A program made the position numbers and the translations under genes. Under the pieces are notes generated by a model. It searched no databases, was not told the origin of the DNA, and worked only from the letters and a program-made list of their open reading frames with translations. A DNA stretch of 64,000 nucleotides from the NCBI RefSeq assembly GCF_009914755.1, contig NC_060928.1; one strand, given 5' to 3'. Source of the DNA: the human T2T-CHM13v2.0 reference genome, Homo sapiens. Shown here one piece after another: positions 32,513 to 46,829 of this stretch; position 1 is the first letter of the stretch; each line of letters starts with the position of its first letter.

Positions 32513-33348
32513 CTTATTGGGTGAAAATAAATGGTTTATATCCTGTAAATACAATTGTTCTTCTGGAACAGGAGACACATAGCAAATGTTCACTGCATTC
32601 CACAAAAAAATTACAGTCAATTGTCAATTGACAGAATGTCATGCTATAGTCACCTGATGGAAAACTGTCATAGAACTTGGGGAAAAATAAAAAGGAAATA
32701 CATGATTGTATCTCTACACTAATGTTGAGCATAAGTAGAAATTCTACATATGTGTTTGTATACATTTCAAAAAACTAAATAATAGAATGTTGAGGAAATA
32801 ACATATAACTAGCAGACCTATAAAGTTTTTAAAGAGAATGTTAAAACCAGTCAGGCTTCTGGTTTCCATTGGAAGAATCATGTTTCTAATACTGGCAGCA
32901 AAACTTTACACTCATGTATTAGCAAAGTTGATATAGTTTCTAAAAGTGGAAAATACATGCATATTTTAAAAGATATATAAAATATTTTTAAATGTGCAAA
33001 AATTAAAGTTCATGAGTCAATCTTGCATTGTTCTAATTCTGCCATTACAAAAAAAAAGTTGCATTGAATTCATTGTCCTTATGTCTCTAGTATGAAGCAC
33101 CCTAAAATTGCTTAATCATTTAGCATTTACCCTCAGACATTTTCTGGGGCAGGGTACAAATCATTTCATTTTCTATCTGGCCATTTATCTTCTTGACTTG
33201 TAACTGTTAGGGCATTTTAGGTAATTTAAGCCTTTTTCCTGTGTTATGTATTACAAATATTTTTTTCAGTTGACTTATGAACCAATTAATATTATGCACC
33301 CTTTAAAACTTTAAACACAAACTTTAAATAATCTGTTTTAAAAATCAG

Positions 33349-33685
33349 TGTTATGAATTGAATTGTACTCCCCTAAAATTTGTATATGAAGCCTGACTGT
33401 ATTTGAAGATAAGGCCTTTAGAGATAATTAAGCTTAAAGAGTTCAAGGGTGGGTCTCTAATCCATTATGACTAGTGTCCTTCCAAGAAGAGGAAGTGACA
33501 CCAGGAATGCCCATATGCAGAGAAAAAGCTATATGAGAATATAAGATGGTGGCCATAAAAACTTCAAGAAAAAACAGACCTGGCAAACCCTGATTTTGGA
33601 CGTCTAGCCATCAGAACTGTAAGAAAATAAACCTTTGTTATTATTAGTTCTTGTATTAGTTTGCTAGCACTGCTACAGCTACACA
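33349..33685 (+). mobile_element. MLT1 (B-like) MaLR LTR
   Basis: tgttatgaattgaattgt...ctaatccattatgactagtgtcctt...cagaactgtaagaaaataaa. Confidence 0.8.
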
Positions 33686-33917
33686 CCACTGGTTAGGAAG
33701 TTAAATTAGCTAATCTTTTTCATACCCAGTATAACCTTTGGTTTGTTAGTTCACATTTCCTTATGATTCTTAAAGATAATAGTTGGAGTGGAAGTCTACC
33801 TCAGTTCATGGATTTAGATGAAAGCTGTGTACATAAAAATTAGAAAGCAAAACCATTATTTAGCAGAATAGGCAAATAATTTTAAAATAGGTAGAATAAA
33901 TGTTATCAGTGAAGTAA

Positions 33918-34163
<246 letters not shown>

Positions 34164-35074
34164 TAAAAGTACTCTAAGAAAATAGAGGTAACATTATAGT
34201 CTCAGAGAATGGAAGTCCTTTTCTACAAGATAACCCAGAAATGATAAGAAAAAAAAACTAATAAATGTATGCACACACTATGACAAGGTTCATAATATAT
34301 TATGAAATACTTTAAATGAAGAGTAATGCTACATGATATAGCTCAGAGTTTTTTTCTCCAAATCTGTGTGTTAGCATAGAAATACTTCTAAATTATTTTA
34401 TTTGAGAAAACGAAGGTCTAACAGGGATTGCATAAATTTAAAACTATGGGATTATTTTTCATTAGGCTGGGTTAAATATAAAATTGTTCCCTTTACAAAT
34501 CACTTTTGAGTAAGCAAGAAAATAAAAATCAGCACACTGCCAAAACAAAGTAAAAACATGAATTCTGAAATACACAATTTAGTAAAACTTGAATGGTTCA
34601 TTCTGAAGATACACAGTATGTTTTAGGGTGGGAAAGTAGGAAAGCCTAATGGATTGCCCTAGTTTCCCTCATTACACATACGCATTCACATAAGTTCAAC
34701 TCCCCAAATCTACCCTCACTCTTACAAATAAATTCCATTACATGGAAATGTATAGCAAGAAAAATTTCCTCTGTTGACTTGTCCCTGTGTGGAAGAAAAA
34801 TATATTCTCTCAGAATTAACATAGTCAGCACTCATGTGAAGTTCCAGTTAAAATTCAAGCTAGAAAAGCATCTTGGAAGAAACTGACACTAGCCTCAAAG
34901 CCTTCCCACAGATCAAATTCCAAGGTTAATAGGCAGCTCCTGTTTACCGAGAAACAAGACTTCATGTATGAAAATCAGCAAAAGTAACAGAGACTAGAAA
35001 TATTAATATAATTATTTCAAATATTAGAATTATTTGAAATAGAATATAAAATTATTCCATATACTATCGTGAGT

Positions 35075-35985
35075 TGGAAGATAGCTCATGAGTTGGAAAA
35101 ATCAGTATCGTTAAAATGGCCAAATTGCCCAAAGTAATTTACACATTCAATGACATTCATGTCAAACTACCAAAATCATCACATAATTAGATAAAAACTA
35201 TTCTAAAATTTATATGGAACCAAAATAAAGTGAGAATAGCCAAAGTAAAGAACTAAGCCGAAAGCACCATACTACCCAACTTCAAACTATAAGACTACAG
35301 TAATTTAAAAAGCATGGTACCAGTTTGAAAAGAGACAGATAGACGAATGGAGCAGAAAACAAAACTCATTAATAAAGCCACACAAAACCATTTGATTTTT
35401 CACAATATGGACAAAAACAAGAAATAGGGAAACCACTCCCTATTCAATAAATGGTGCTGGGATAACTGGCTAGCCATATGCAGAAGAAAGAAACCGGATT
35501 GTCACAATTTACCCTATAAAAACATTAATGGAATGTGGATCAAAGATTTAAATGGAAGACCTCAAAGTATAAAAATCTTTGAAGAAAACCTAGGATATTA
35601 TGTATTGACATCAGCCATGGCAAAGAACTTTTGGCTAAGTCCTCAAAAGCAATTGCAACTGAAACAAAAATTGACATGTGGGGCATAATTAAATAAAGAA
35701 CCTCTGCAGAAAAAAAAAAAAACTATCCAGAGAGTACAAAGACAACCTACATAATGGGAGAAAATATTTACAAACTATTCATTTAATAAAGGTCTAATAT
35801 CCAGATTATATGAAAAATTTAAACAGGTCAACAAGCAAAAAACAAATAACCTCACTAAAAAAGACAGGCAAAAGACATGAATAGACACTTCACAAAAGAA
35901 GACATACAATCAACCTGCATACGAAAAAATGTGCATTATCACTAATCATCAGAGAAATGTGAATCAAAATCATAATGATATATAA
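35075..35985 (+). mobile_element. L1 ORF2 C-terminal fragment
   Basis: aaaatggccaaattgcccaaag...ttcaataaatggtgctgggataactggctagccatatgcagaaga... Confidence 0.85.
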
Positions 35986-36074
35986 AACAGACATATAGAC
36001 ATATAACAGACATATAGACCAATGGAATAGAATAACTAGAAGTAAACAGATACCTAGACATATATAGCCCATAA

Positions 36075-39000
36075 GACTGAAGTGTGAAGAAATCCAAAAC
36101 CTGAACGAGGCATTATCAAATAATGAGGTAAAGCAGTGATAAAAATTCTCCTATCCAAGTAAAGCCCAGGACCTGAAGACTTTCACTGTTGAATTCTACC
36201 AAACATTTGAATAACTAATGTCAATTCTACTGAAACTATTCAAAACATGGTTGAAATATGTTCCAAAACATAGTATTCCAACTATGTTTGGAATACCAAA
36301 ACCAAAGACACAACAACAGTAACAACAACAACAACTACAGGCCAATATCTGTGATGAACATAGACACAAACATCTTAACAAAAATTTAGCAATCTGAATT
36401 CAACAACATATTAAAAAGATCATTCATCATTATTACATGTGATTTATCTCATGGATGCAAAAATTTTTCAACATATGCAAATCAATAAATGTGATACATC
36501 TTATCAACAGTACCAGGACAAAATCCATATGATTATTTTATTTGATGATGAGAAAAATATTTGAGAACATTAACATCTCTTCATGATTAAAAACTCTCAA
36601 AACAACTGAGTATAGAAGGAACATAGCTCAACATTATAAAAGCCATAAACCGCAAACCTACAGGTAGCATCATATTGAATGAGTACAAATTGAAAGCCTT
36701 TCTTCTAAGATCTGGAAGAAGAGTAGGATATGTGCTTTCACAACTTTTACTTAACATCATAGTAGTAGTCCTAGCCAGAGCAATTAGACGAGTGAAAGAA
36801 GTAAAGGGCATTCAAATTATAAAGAAAATAAAGTCAATTATTCTTATTTACAAAAAATATGATCTTGTATCTAGAAAAACCTAACAACCTCACCAAAAAC
36901 TGTTTTAAGCTGATAAACCCATTCAGTAGTTCCAGGACACAAAATCAACATACAAATATCAGTGGCATTTCTATATGCCAACAGTGAACCATATGTTAAA
37001 AAAGGAAGTAATCCCATTTGCAACAGCTACAAATAAAATAAAATACCTAAGAATAAACTGAATCAAATACGAGAAATATATCTACAATGAAAACTACAAA
37101 ATATGGATGAAAAAGATTGAACAGGACAGAAAAAAATGAAAATGTTTTCTGTTCATAGAATAGAGGAATCGAAAGCATTAAAACGTCTATAGCACCCAAA
37201 ACAAGTTACAGATTCATTGCAATCCCTATCAAAAGACCAATAAAATTCTTCACAAATTAAAAAATATATATATATCTAAACTTTGTATGGAACCACAAAA
37301 GACCAGAATAGCCAAAGCTATTCTGAGCAAAAAGAACAAAGTTGGAGGAACTACATTACTTGACTTCAAATTATACTTCAAAGCTAGTAGCCATAACAGC
37401 ATGGCACTATTATAAAAAAAGACATATAGACCAATGGAATAGAATAATGGACACAGAAATAAATCTGTACATCTACAGTAAACTACCTTTCAACAAAGCT
37501 GCCAAATACATACATTGGGAAAGGAATGGACTCTTAATGGTGCTGGGAAGCTAGGTATCTATATGTAGAACAATGAAAGTGGACCTCTGAGTAGTCTGTT
37601 CTCACATTACTATAAAGAACTATCTGACACTGTAGTTTATAAAGAAAAGAGGTTTAATTGACCCACAGTTCCACAGGCTGTACAGGAGGCATGGTTGGGA
37701 GGCCTCAGACAACTTACAATTGTGGTGGAAGGGCAATGGGGAAGCAAGCACATCTTCACATGGTGGCAGGAGAGAGAAAGAGATAAGGGGAAATTGCTAC
37801 ACACTTTTAAACAGCTATATCTCATGAGAACTCACTATCACAAGAAGAGCAAGTGGAAAACCAGACCTCATGATCCAATCACCTTTCAACAGATCCCTCC
37901 CCCAACATTTTGAATTACAATTCAACATGAGATTTGGATGAGGACACAGGAGACAAACCATATCAATCTCTATCTCTCACCATACACAAAAATCAAATCA
38001 CCCTGAAAAATTAAATCACTCTAATTTAAATCTAATCTTTCTAATCTTTAAGTTAAATCTCACTGATTTAAAACCCGAAACTTTGAGGAAACACTAAGAC
38101 AATGTTCTGGGCAGATTTGATTAATAAGACCTCAGAAGCACAGCCATCCAAAGCAAAAATGGACAGATGGGATCACATCAACCTCAACCGAAAAAGCTTC
38201 TGCACATTAAAGAAAACAATCAACAAACTGAAGAAACAGTCTACAAAATGGGAGAAAATATTTTCCATGTACCCATCTGACAAGGGATTGATAAGTAGAA
38301 TATATCAGCAGCTCAAACAATTCAAAAAGAAAAGAATGAGTAATCAAAAAGAAATGGATAAAAGATCTGAATAGACGTTTCTCAAAAGAACAACCAACAG
38401 GCAAGTGAAGAAATGGTCAACATCACTATTCATCAAAGAAATGCAAGTAAAAACTATAATGAGATATCATCTGAGCCCAGTTCAAATGGCTTTTACCACC
38501 CTGACCCCGCCGCAAAAACAAACAAGCAAACAAACAGACAGACAAAAAAACAGGCAATAACAAATGCTGGTGAGGATATGGAAAAAGGGAACCCTTGTGC
38601 ACTGTTGGTGGGAATATAAAATTGGTGCAGCCACTATGGAGAAGAGTGTGGATATTTCTCAAAAAACTAAAAATAAAACTACCATATGATCCGACAATCA
38701 CACTGCTGGGTATATATCCAAATAAAGGAATCAGTATATCAAAGAAATATCTGTACACCCATGTTTATTGCAGTACTGTTCCCAATAGCCAAGATATGGA
38801 ATCAACCTATATGTGCATCAATGGGTGAATCAACGGACAAGTGAAAATCCCGTCATTTGCAATAACTTGGATGAATCTAGAGTTTCCTCCAGTTAAGTCA
38901 AATGAAATAAGCCAGGCGCGGAAAGACAAATATGCCGTGTTTTCACTCACATGTGGAAGCTAAAAACAATAATTAACGAATGAAGATATAGAGAAGATAT

Positions 39001-39345
39001 AGAGTAGAGAGATGGTTACCAGAGGCTGGGAAAGGTCTTGGGGGGTGGGGAGGGTATAAAGAGGGCATGATTAATAGCTACAAAAATATAGTTAGAATGA
39101 AAAAATCTAGTGTTTGATAGCACAATAGGATGACTATAGTTAATAATAATTTGTGTGTTTTAAAATGACTAAGAGTGGAATTGGAATTTTCCTAACATAG
39201 AAAAGATAAATGTTTGAGGTTATGGATATCCCAATTATCCTGATTTGATCATTACACATTTTAAGCTTTCATCAAAATGTCACATTTCCTGTAAATCGAT
39301 ACAACTATTATGTATACATAATAATTAAAAATGAAAACTTAAACA
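36075..39345 (+). mobile_element. L1MA-type ORF2 + 3' UTR (interrupted by an MST/THE1 LTR)
   Basis: Continuous degenerate RT to C-terminal ORF2 motifs, then an L1MA 3' end (ttgatagcacaatagg, ggatatcccaattatcctgatttgatcattacacat). Confidence 0.88.
37588..37965 (-). mobile_element. MSTA/THE1D-type MaLR solo LTR
   Basis: tgagtagtctgttctcac...gaggtttaattgac...aaaccatatca; TSD ACCTC/ATCTC. Confidence 0.9.
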
Positions 39346-39849
39346 ATTATAACATGTACCCCACCAACAAAAAGGAACTGAAGTGTTTGCAACTTCCAGT
39401 TTACCATTTCCTGTAAAGCCACTGGCTTACCCATTCAATTAATTTGAGAGAAATGAAGCCAGAAAAAATTGATAATTTTATCTTCTAACTAGGATTTGCA
39501 ATAGTTCATTTAGGGAGATAAGAAATGGAAAAGTATAAGCTATAAATCCTCCATTTAGTTGGAACTGTAGCTTCTCATTATAATAAAAATCAAAAGCTAA
39601 TGACACTTTCTAAATTTCTCTGCCATTTTCTTTTCTTTTTTTTTTTTTTTTTGAATAGTGGTTTCTAAGTTTCATTTTCCCACTTGAAATTGCCTCTGTG
39701 TATGTGGCATCTATAATCAATGACAATGGAGGAAAGAAATATCTGCATAAGTTTCTGCCCATGCTTTTTCCACTACTGTTTTGTAGTTAAAATGTAGGTG
39801 AATGAGAAATATGTAGCTGGTGGAAATAGGATATAATTTCAGTTTCCAA

Positions 39850-39975
39850 TTGCCAGGAAATTCTCAACTTCTCTGATCTTGATTTCTTCATCTGTAAAAT
39901 AAAGTTAGAATTACAGAACTATTGTTAGTATTCAACAATAAACTATGTGTAAAAGCACTTTCAAAACTATAAAAC
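39850..39975 (+). mobile_element. MIR fragment
   Basis: aacttctctgatcttgatttcttcatctgtaaaat core. Confidence 0.6.
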
Positions 39976-40987
39976 AAAAATGTGCATCCTTTGGCAGTTG
40001 CTAAATGTAGTCCTTAGGTTAAAGTTAAATCTCACTTGAGACTTTCTTTTTCTTCAAGCAGTTTATCAAGCTTTAGGATCTGCTGCCCTCCTATGGATGA
40101 TGGTTGATAGTGCTGAATAAGTATGGTGAGTCCAAATTATTAGGAGTTTAATAATTTTGTTGACGGCGTAAAAATAAAGTTCATTTAGATCTACTTATGT
40201 TTATACAAAGATATAATATATATGTTTATAACATGTAAGAAATGTATATTATAAAACAAATTATGTGTACGTATATACGTAGACGTACAAAACCAAGATG
40301 AACACACACAACATATTTAATAGGAAATATTGTAGCCATTCTCTAAGCACTAGTTTCCTTCATATTCAGGAAGAAAGACTGTTTCAAATTAGGGCTAGTG
40401 CTATCTATAAGTTAAAATAATGATATAAATACATTAAAAGTTTAAGTAGATTTCATTAGCAACATACAGGGTCCATTAAGACGTTCTTTAAAATACTAAA
40501 ATAATATAAATTATTATTCATTATTGGGAGTTAACATTTCTAAAAATATTGCCATTATAATACACTTACTATCTAGGATTTTCTGATGTAATTTTCAAGA
40601 TAGTTGAAATAAAATATAACTAGGTTTCAAAATAAAACAGGGCAATAATTGTCTTATGTAAAAATCTTCAATACTTAGTTTCCTGAGGAAGAAACAAAAC
40701 CGACACAGTAACAGTAACAACAAAAATGAAAAACAAGACTTTACAATCCTAACATTATTGTGTTCAAATATGTCTTTCGGAAATCATTCACATTTGGGAT
40801 TTAATGAGAGAAAATTTTCCAGGCCTTAAGAATTTATTTGTTTGACATCATTTAATTATGAGTCTAAATAGATTCAAATTAAATAAAAATTAGATTACAT
40901 GTTTTTATATAGATATTTAGTATCCGTGTACGTAATCATCATAATTCTATGAGAAAATATTATTTCACAGATAAATAGGCCAGTAAG

Positions 40988-40989
<2 letters not shown>

Positions 40990-41024
<35 letters not shown>

Positions 41025-41054
41025 TTGTGTGTGTGTGTGTGTGTATGTGTGTGT
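40990..41054 (+). repeat. (TG)n microsatellite (about 65 bp, interrupted)
   Basis: Direct inspection. Confidence 0.95.
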
Positions 41055-41921
41055 TGAAGGGGGAAGAATGTATTACATTTGGTAAGTCTGGTTACAGTTC
41101 TCTTAAAAATGTTTTTGGGGCATTAAATTAAGTCCAACCAGTAACCCCAGGAACTCATACTAATCAATCTAATTGGGAGATTCCACTACAGGTTGGCAAA
41201 AGGCTTTGTCACAAGAGAAGAGATTTAAAAAGCACAAAAATGTCTTGGTGAATTCTAACACATTTCTAACTTTGTTTATTGAAAGGGTCTTTGTCTATTT
41301 CTGCTGCCAAAAATAAATTTATTTTAACCATGTGGCCGTTGAATGAGAATTTAAACAGACCATATTAATAATATTTTGAAATAAGTTTTCATGTGTAAGT
41401 ACACAAAGATTGTATATTGACCATTAATTCCTGAAACCCTCGATACAGTAAAATCTTTATGCTTTTCAGATTCAACTTTGGTTAAAATTTCTTTAAAAGT
41501 GTAATTCTAAGTTCAATCAATTCTATGATTATATCAATCAATGTAGAAAAGCCTTAAGTATACTCCAATACCTTTATTGGTTAAAAAATAGAAGTGAACT
41601 TTCTTAGACAGATGAAAATTATGAAACAACTATTAAATGACAAAAAAACAAACAAAATAAGACCAGCAAGAAACCAAACTTCGGAAAATTTTCTACTCAA
41701 CATTGAAAGGTTAGAAGAAATTTTTTAAAAACTCAGGATCAAGACAAAGATGTTGTTTAACATACTTTAAATTAATGTTGAATTTTATAATTTAATTATG
41801 CAATAATATATGGAAAAAAGTTATATATTATACAATATATGTATATACATTTGTAAATGTAGGAATTTATTTATATCAGAAAAAAGTTTATCAATATTGA
41901 TAGATACAATTTTAATATACA

Positions 41922-42254
41922 GGCCACCTGATGTGCTTCATGCCTACAATCCCAGTACTTTGGTAAGCCAATACAGGAGGATTGCTTGAGCCCAGGAGTT
42001 TGAGATCAGCCTGAGCAACACAGGGAGACATATCTCTATAAAAATAAAAATAAAAAATTAGCCAAGTGTGGTGGTGCATGCGTGTAGTCCAGCTACTTTG
42101 GAACTGAGGTGGGAGAATTGCTTGAGCCTGGGAGGTTGAGACTACAGTGAGCCAACATCAGTGGCACTGTACTTCAGCCTGGGTGACAGAGCAAAATCTT
42201 GTCTTAATGCATACATACATAAATACATAAAATAAAATAAAATAAAATAAATAA
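41922..42254 (+). mobile_element. AluJ-type SINE with TACA/TAAAA tail
   Basis: gattgcttgagcccaggagtttgag diagnostic; TSD AATATACA. Confidence 0.9.
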
Positions 42255-42459
42255 AGCCAATATACAAAAGTAAATTGCAGTCTTACATACCCCATACAAA
42301 CAAAAGTGAAATTTTAAAATAACGTTAAAGAAGACTCTAAAAATAATGATATACCCAGAAATAAATCTAACATAAAAGGAATATAATCTTTTTCAGGTGA
42401 ATTATTCCATTTGTGTGAAACTTAAACACATTCTAAAACCTGTGATAAAAAATAATGAA

Positions 42460-44990
42460 CTCAGAATCATCCTGTTACCAAAATCTGGCAGAAACACAAC
42501 AAAAAATAAAATAAAATTCAGGCCAACAACCTTGATGAATATTGATGCAAAAATCCTCAACAAAATACTTTCAAACCAAATGCAGCAGCATATCTAAAAG
42601 CTAATCCATGACAATCAAATAGGCTTTATCTGCAGAAGGCAAGATTGGTTCAACATACACAAATCAATACATGTGGTTCATCATGTAAACAGAAACACAA
42701 AAACCACAAGATTACCTCAATAGGCACACAAAAGGCTTTTGATACCTTTATGCAAAAACTCAATAAACTAAGCATTGAAGAAACATACCTCAAAATAATA
42801 AGAGACATATATGACAAACCCCCAGCCAACACCATACTGAATGGGGAAAAGCTGTAAGCATTTTCCTTATAAACTGGCAAAGACAAGTATGCCCTCTCTC
42901 ACTACTCCTATTCAACATAGTACTGGAAGTCCTTCCAGAGCAATCAGGCAAGAGAAAGAAATAAAAGGCATCCAAATAGGAAGAGAGAAAGTCAAACTTT
43001 CCTGGTTCACACACAACATGATTCTATATGTAGAAAACCCCATAGTCTCAGCCCCAAAGCTGCCTGCACTAATAAAAAACTACAGTAAAGTTTCAGGAAA
43101 AAAAATCTATCTACAAAAATCACTGCCATTCCTATACACCAACAGCGAAGCAGAGAACCAAATCAGGAAGGCAATCCCATTCACAATTGCTAAAAAAGAA
43201 TAAAATGCCTAGGAATACAGCTAACCAGGGAGGTGAAAGATCTCTACAATGAAAATTACAAAACACTGCTCAAAGAAATCAGAGATGACACAAACAAATG
43301 AAAAAACATTTCATGCTCATAGATAGGAATAATCGATATCATTAAAATGGCCATATAGTTCAAAGCAATTTAGAGATTCAAGGCTATTCATATTAAACTA
43401 TTAATACCATTCTTCACAGAATTAGAAATAAAAAACTATTTTAAAATATATATATGGAACCAAAAAAAAAAAAGAGCCACAAAAGCCAAGGCAATGCTAA
43501 ACAAAAAGAACGAAGATGGAGTCATCACACAATCCAACTTTAAACTATACTACAGGGCTACAGTAACCAAAACAGTATGGCACTGGTACAAAAACAGAAA
43601 CATAGACAAAGGAAACAGAATAGAGAGCTCATAAATAAGGCTACACACCTAACAACCATCAGATCTTCTACAAAACTGACAAAACCGACAAAACCAAGCA
43701 ATAAGAAAAGGATTCCCTATTCAATAAATGGTGCTGGCATAAATGGCTAGCCATATACAGAATACCAAAACTGGACCCCTTTCTTACACCATATACAAAT
43801 ATCAACTCAAGATGGATTAAAAACATAAATGTAAAACCCAAAACTATAGAAACCTAGAAGACAACTTAGTCAATACTATCCTGGACATAGAAAAAGGAAA
43901 TATTTTATGACAAAGATGCCGAAAGCAATCACAACAAAAGCAAAATTTGACAAATCATATCTAATTAAACTTAAGAGCTTCTGCACAGCAAAATAAACTA
44001 TCAACAGTAAACAGACAATCTACAGAATGAGAGAAAATATTTGCAAAGTATGCATCTGACAAAGATCTAATATCCAGTATTTACAGGGAATTTAAACAAA
44101 CTTACAAGAAAGAAACAACCTCATTAAAAAGTGGGCAAAGGACATTAACAGACAGTTTGCAAAAGAAGACATACATGCAACCATCAAGTATATTAAAAAG
44201 CTAAAAGCTAAATACCACTGATTATTGGAGAAATGAAAATCAAAACCACAGTGAGATACCATTTTATGTCAGTCAGATTAGCTTTTATTAAAAAGTAAAA
44301 AAAATAACAGATGCTGGCGAGGTTGCAGAGAAAAGGAAACAGCTATAAATGGTTGGTAGAAGGGTAAATTAGTTCACCCATTGTGGAAAGCAGTGTGGTG
44401 ATTCCTCAAAGCCTTAAAAACAGAACTACCATTAAACCCAGCAATCCCATTCCTGGGTATACACCGAAAGGAATATAAATCATTCTATCATAAAGACACA
44501 TGCATGTGAATGTTCATTTCAGCATGATTCACAATAGCAAAAACATGAAGTCAACCTAAATGCCTATCAACGACAGATTGGATAAAGAATGTGTGGTATA
44601 TATGCATCATAGAAAACTACACAGCCATAAAAAGGAAAGAGAACATGTTTTTTGCAGGAACATAGATGGAGCTGGGGGGAGGGTCATTATTCTTAGCAAA
44701 CTAATGCAGACACAGAACACCAAATACCACATTCTCTCACTTACAAGTTAGAGCTAAATGATGAGAACTCATGGACACAAACAGGGGAACAAGAGACAGT
44801 AAGGCCTACTTGAGGGTGGATGGTGGAAGGAGGAAGAGGAAGAGAAAATATAACTATTGAGTACTAGGCTTAATACCTGGGTCATGGAATAGTCAGTACA
44901 ACCAACCCCTGTGTACCACATTACCTGTGTAACAAACCTGCACATGTACTCCTGAACCAAAAGGTTTTTATTTTTTTAAATAAAAAATTT
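42460..44990 (+). mobile_element. 5'-truncated L1 (L1PA15/16-L1PB type) ORF2 3' half + 3' UTR
   Basis: Degenerate RT ([26 protein letters not shown]) through to the 3' end aacaaacctgcacatgtac. Confidence 0.9.
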
Positions 44991-45429
44991 AACATATGAG
45001 CTTAAAATAGCCAAGAGAAATTGAAAGAAAAAAGTTATGAATACTTACCAAAACATATGTCAAAATACATAACAAAGTAATAATATAATGTATAACACCA
45101 CAAAGATGGGAAATTGGCATACAAAAAGTTAGAGATCAAAACATATTTATAGCTAATATGCCAGTGTATTTCATACAACTGAGAAATGGGAAAAAATACG
45201 AATTATTTAATTAATTATCTGAAACAATTCTTAACTACATAGAAAGTAAAAGAGAACTGTATTTTTATGTGTAAGAAAACCAATTACAAACTCACTAAAT
45301 AAATAGATTTGAAAACAATTGTTTTTATGTGTTATCTATATAATAGACTCAGGGAATCTATATAATGGATACAATATACTGAATGAATAATATATTATAT
45401 CTTAATATTATATATGCATTGGATATTGT

Positions 45430-46290
45430 ACTGCCAGTTCTTGGTCTCGAGGCTCAAAGGTGAGGGGGGCATGCATTGAGGATTTCATGTGTTATGAACT
45501 TCAATTCTATACTTGATGTCTAGGCAATGTGATGCTGCTATTGTCTAGCAAAGAGAAGGAAATCTTCACATGACCCATAGGGTCAACAGGAATATAGACG
45601 TTCAAGGTCCTCAAACACATTCATCCAGCGGTCCACATCCTATGTCTTGGCTTCGGTGTAGGACATTTCCTGACAAAAATTGCTAAAAATTCAGCCTCAT
45701 TTATAATTCTGCTAAGCCAACAATTAGGTCTTGGCTATAATTTTCAACACAGTCCACCCACTTGCTATGGGTCATAAAGGTCTCTTTAAAAATTGTCATG
45801 GGTGTGTTCTACTTTATATTGTGTCCTGAGTTATACATGTCTGAATTAATTGAAATTTTCTACCTTCTGTTACTGAAGGCAATAAACACAGATAACAGCT
45901 ACATAATTCTTACAATTATTATTGCTTCCACACTTCTCAATTGTTGATTTGGCACAAGCTAGTCCATCCTCTTCCATCTGTTCCTCATGACAATTCATCA
46001 AAAATGAAAATCGTAGTAATTGTGATTGTACTGCATGCCAAGTGATACCACTACCCCATTTCTACCAGTAATGTAGTCTCTACAGCTATCTAGCCTAGGA
46101 TTACTACAATGTAACACTCTGTTTTGAGTTCCCCAAGAAACAGACGCTGAGAAAAGAATTTGAATACAAGTAATTTTTGTGAGAATCATCTCGAAGTAAC
46201 ACCACAAAGGCAGTGGATAAAATGGGATAGGGAAAAGACAAAAGCCAATATGAATGCATTACCAAGTCACTTGCCACTGCAGGAAACTGT
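45430..46290 (-). mobile_element. LTR33-like ERVL LTR (46117-46290) with probable adjacent ERVL internal remnant
   Basis: ttccccaagaaacagacgctgaga...aatacaagtaattt...gggatagggaaaagacaaaagccaata resembles LTR33. The downstream ATTACTGGTAGAAATGGGGTAGTGGTATCACTTGGCATGCAGT resembles an ERVL gag start. Confidence 0.5.
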
Positions 46291-46829
46291 GCATACATGT
46301 AAAAAAATAGCATAATATTTAACAGAATAGTTTATATAAATATTTTTAAAATATAAAATAATATTTTACATTATTTAATGATAGATACAAAATGTACAAA
46401 GACATACAACAGATGCAAAGAATTGAAGTCACAGTTTTAAAGAGCAAATGAGCAGCCAAGGTATAAAAAATTCTATAGTAATATTTAATTTCTTCAGATG
46501 GCTATCAAATATATTAGGATTCATCTCAAGTTAGTGTAAAATTATATGTAATACATTATAAAAATAATTTAAATAAAACCTTTGAGATAAAGGTAGAAAA
46601 TTGAGCTTAATGCTTTTTAAAACAGATTCATTTGAAAGTAAATTAAATAAAAATAAAGACTTGAGCAAAAGCATTTCAGAAAATACAAACAAGAAAGATA
46701 AAGATTTTACAAAATTAATGCTGGCCAGAATGCCCAGGACAAGCACCTTAAAAAAGCATCTTATAGATTGTGAAATGTAACAAAAACATGTAATTTTCAC
46801 AAATTATTTTTCCATGAAAAATATGAACT

